Below, in pieces: positions 52,659-55,316 of a stretch of DNA of 55,316 nucleotides; position 1 is the stretch's first letter; every line of letters starts with the position of its first letter. This stretch comes from a virus (lineage: Duplodnaviria > Caudoviricetes), in IMG/VR virus record IMGVR_UViG_3300025151_000045, positions 1 through 55,316 of that record. One strand, written 5' to 3'. A program made the translations under genes and the position numbers. The notes below the pieces were generated by a model. The model was given only the letters and a program-made list of their open reading frames with translations. It did not search any database and was not told the origin of the DNA.

Positions 52659-53396
52659 ATGAAGACATATATTATTATCGACACTTGGACTCGAAAGGTA
52701 GAATGGCTAAAAGCAGAAAGCCTTTCGTTAGTACAGAACCACTGCAAAGACCTAGCCATTAAGCACATTGAATCAATCAAGGGCAATGTGCATAGTGCTG
52801 AGGTTTTAGAGAGAAGAACAAAAGGTAGCATTACCTTTCAAGACGACAAGGTAAAAGGTGTAGTGTACTACCACCTAATAGGTAGGATTGCAGAGAATAC
52901 AAAGTTTGTCAAGGCTGTGTACCTCAACCCCACAGACCACAGCTATAAGTTGGTGATGGGAGATGAACTGCAGAAGATTGCACAAGGGTTAGAGCTATAC
53001 GCTGATGAGTACCAGGGTTATAGCTCACTGTTCAACACCCTTCATCAGATGAACCTCAAGCTATACACTAAAGGTAAGGAATACCTGCAGTGGATTGATG
53101 GAGACTTCATATTACTGAAGGTAGAGCCTGAGATAGTAGATGCTGAGTTAATCAACTCAGTGTCTCCACTACTAAGGGATGAGGTGTTGAGACTGATATC
53201 ATTTATCGAACACAACACCATATCTCTATGGACACCTGACCTTGACTCAACTATTGATTGCATATCTTTGGAATCAATGAGTAAAGATGAATATACTCAG
53301 ACATTCATGATCGAAGATGAAGAAGATACAAGAGCATTAAGTGGTGCTGAGATATCGAAATTAATAAGTACAATTAAGAAACGTTTAATAAAATAA
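52659..53396 (+). CDS. early hypothetical protein
   Basis: 245-aa ORF; N-terminus resembles that of 50894-51664. Confidence 0.7.
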   Translation: MKTYIIIDTWTRKVEWLKAESLSLVQNHCKDLAIKHIESIKGNVHSAEVLERRTKGSITFQDDKVKGVVYYHLIGRIAENTKFVKAVYLNPTDHSYKLVMGDELQKIAQGLELYADEYQGYSSLFNTLHQMNLKLYTKGKEYLQWIDGDFILLKVEPEIVDAELINSVSPLLRDEVLRLISFIEHNTISLWTPDLDSTIDCISLESMSKDEYTQTFMIEDEEDTRALSGAEISKLISTIKKRLIK

Positions 53397-53401
53397 ATAA
53401 G

Positions 53402-53605
53402 ATGGAACAATCAATTAAATATGCAATATATTTTGACTATTCAACTCTAGGTCAATGGAATGGGGAAAAAGAATTACAAGTAATAACTAACAACCCTGAG
53501 AAATGGTTAGAGAAACACAATGCTCAAAGAGATGAAGATTCACAAGAATCATTAGATGATTTTATAATTGAAACCCTAACGAGTAAATATATAAATTATG
53601 ACTAG
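53402..53605 (+). CDS. early hypothetical protein
   Basis: ORF in tight run. Confidence 0.65.
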   Translation: MEQSIKYAIYFDYSTLGQWNGEKELQVITNNPEKWLEKHNAQRDEDSQESLDDFIIETLTSKYINYD

Positions 53606-53646
53606 AACGAATCAAAAAAGGAAACGAACCATTTAAATTTTAAATT

Positions 53647-53763
53647 ATGAAGAAAGCAATTCACATGTATGGTTGGGATGTAGCCAAGATAACATCCACA
53701 TTAGTAATCTTCAGTACATTATTTGTGTACTGCATTGTTAAACTTTTAATACAGATATCATGA
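53647..53763 (+). CDS. 38-aa membrane peptide (not in ORF track)
   Basis: MKKAIHMYGWDVAKITSTLVIFSTLFVYCIVKLLIQIS; ATGA overlap with the next gene. Confidence 0.55.
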   Translation: MKKAIHMYGWDVAKITSTLVIFSTLFVYCIVKLLIQIS

Positions 53764-54227
53764 GCCAAGTAATGAGAAATTGGAATACAGATAAAGGGTA
53801 CAAGGTATATTATAACCTGCACCTTAAGACTTACAGCATACTAGGATGGGATGCTGATAAGAATGGATGGAGACTCAAGGCTTATGCTGACAACCTAGTG
53901 CTCACAGATGTAGAGTTTAGGGTATCAGAAAAAGGTAGGCAAAGAGTAATCAAAGAGAAGAGAAAGAATGTACATGCCTTTGCAATAGCGAAGGTAGTAC
54001 AGCCTATATCTTTTGATAGAGTACCTGACCTAATAGTAAACAAAGGCTATAGGTCAGCCACCTACAACCCATACTTATACGATAGCTTTGTAGATGTAAA
54101 GACTAAAGCTAGGGTTAAGGGGTGTAAGGGTGCGATTCTCTTCAACAAAAGAATAGCTTATCTAGATCACCAGACAAACACAAAAACGTTTGAAGAAAAT
54201 CTTCAATCAATTTATAATTTAAAATAA
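53760..54227 (+). CDS. conserved phage hypothetical protein
   Basis: Y.NLH...S...F.VSE.GRQRV..EKRKNVHAF...YNPY motif recalled from many phages. Confidence 0.75.
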   Translation: MSQVMRNWNTDKGYKVYYNLHLKTYSILGWDADKNGWRLKAYADNLVLTDVEFRVSEKGRQRVIKEKRKNVHAFAIAKVVQPISFDRVPDLIVNKGYRSATYNPYLYDSFVDVKTKARVKGCKGAILFNKRIAYLDHQTNTKTFEENLQSIYNLK

Positions 54228-54239
54228 GGAGGAAAACAA

Positions 54240-54440
54240 ATGGTATATATATTCCCTATAACAGAAGCAGAGAAAAAGATGTTGATTACAGCAATGGCTC
54301 AGTTAGTAGCAGAATACAAAGAGGCAGCAGATTTTTACGATAGCATACCTGATGGTGAGCCACGAATAACTTGTGGTACTGATTGGAGATTAATGGAACA
54401 ACAAGCAAGAGAAATTATTAATAAACTTATAAAAAAATAA
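54240..54440 (+). CDS. hypothetical protein
   Basis: TAAGGAGG upstream. Confidence 0.65.
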   Translation: MVYIFPITEAEKKMLITAMAQLVAEYKEAADFYDSIPDGEPRITCGTDWRLMEQQAREIINKLIKK

Positions 54441-54444
54441 AATC

Positions 54445-54954
54445 ATGGAACAAGCAGAAAAAAAGACAAGACTTATGTATGAGATTTACAACACAGTAAA
54501 GAACATAAAACCACAGAGCGTTGATAGAGCATTAGCATTATTAGGTGATGCCTATCTTTATTTTAACAGTGCAGAAAATAGGAAGGGTGAGCCATTGACT
54601 ATTGAAGAAAAGATTGCATCTTTGCCATATGGCAGATTGGTTCAGCTGAGGGCATACCTATCAGAAGAAAAATACAATAAGGTCATGGAGGTTAGAGATA
54701 TAATAGGTAGAGTATTGCACACTGGCATGTCACAAGAAAGAAATATTAGATGGGTGTCACCATTAGAATTTAGATGTGATTGGGAAAGGCTACAAGACTT
54801 AGAAAAAAGTTTGATAGAACTCAGAACAGACATGGAGTTGGAGGAAGATGTGCATGAAGATTTTGATGGAGATGATGAGTTTGGCAGAGGAATAAACAGA
54901 ATATTATTTAGTTATAAATTAAAATTTAAACATGGAGACAAAGAAGAAATATAA
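54445..54954 (+). CDS. hypothetical protein
   Basis: 169-aa ORF in run. Confidence 0.7.
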   Translation: MEQAEKKTRLMYEIYNTVKNIKPQSVDRALALLGDAYLYFNSAENRKGEPLTIEEKIASLPYGRLVQLRAYLSEEKYNKVMEVRDIIGRVLHTGMSQERNIRWVSPLEFRCDWERLQDLEKSLIELRTDMELEEDVHEDFDGDDEFGRGINRILFSYKLKFKHGDKEEI

Positions 54955-55316
54955 TCATTCGCTGTACTACAAGACCAATAAAGTCTTAAACATGATGGAT
55001 GGTAACAGTGCTGATGAGCAGGAGTTTTTAAACACCATTACAGACATGTTGGTGGCACAGCATTTCGTAGGGGGAAGGGTGTTACTGTTTACCTCTAAGG
55101 AGGAAGCGTTTGAATTCTACATAAAGCAATTAGATGAGATGTTCAAGGATAAGGTTAAGAACCCCTTGAGTAATGCGTTAAACAACGTGTGCAACAATAA
55201 CCTATCATGTGCTGATGAGCTAGTTGACTTTGGAGATAGTAAGGAGAAGAGAGAGGGTGGTGGTATACGTCAAGCCACCTTCAACTTCTTATATGGACTT
55301 GAGAAAATTTACAAAT
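54932..55316 (+). CDS. hypothetical protein (3' truncated)
   Basis: METKKKYNHSLYYK... open to the window end. Confidence 0.65.
   Translation, partial: METKKKYNHSLYYKTNKVLNMMDGNSADEQEFLNTITDMLVAQHFVGGRVLLFTSKEEAFEFYIKQLDEMFKDKVKNPLSNALNNVCNNNLSCADELVDFGDSKEKREGGGIRQATFNFLYGLEKIYK

Noticed and set aside
53001-55230. Further CTGATGAG matches (about 53002, 55011, 55212)
   Set aside because: Inside coding frames (Ala-Asp-Glu codons) and lacking stem II, GAAA and closing stems
1-55316. Stop-codon reassignment, introns/inteins, integrase, or DGR/reverse transcriptase
   Set aside because: Long genes are intact in the standard code, terminase, portal and capsid look uninterrupted, and no such enzyme motifs were seen in this window

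Overview
A 55-kb piece of an AT-rich, lytic-looking podovirus genome. The host is very probably a Bacteroidota/Flavobacteriia: many TAnnTTTG -7 promoters, A-rich starts mostly without SD, and a gene set reminiscent of Cellulophaga phi38:1-like and crAss-related phages. Layout: 1-2257 (+) end of a replication/nuclease module. 2254-47772 (-) virion, lysis and chaperonin block: a 3686-aa polyvalent ejection protein, two more ejection proteins, a split tail muzzle, ring proteins, capsid, scaffold, portal, terminase, a tandem GroES-like protein, fibre, holin and M15 endolysin, a head-spike base with LamG fibres, many tiny basic proteins, groES and groEL. 47320-47502 is an iteron/IHF origin-like locus. 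48330-55316 (+) is the early region. Most striking observations: (1) an RNA-rich early transcript with promoter plus boxA, a ~410-nt highly structured non-coding leader ending in a tRNA-like domain, a type I hammerhead ribozyme and three copies of a covarying intergenic hairpin motif at fixed spacing; (2) a 46-aa basic gene nested in the +1 frame of the giant gene; (3) three domain cassettes in the giant gene, each bracketed by in-frame direct repeats; (4) near-absence of CCG/CGG except in the two LamG genes. All assignments come from motif recognition by eye; no database searches or folding programs were run.
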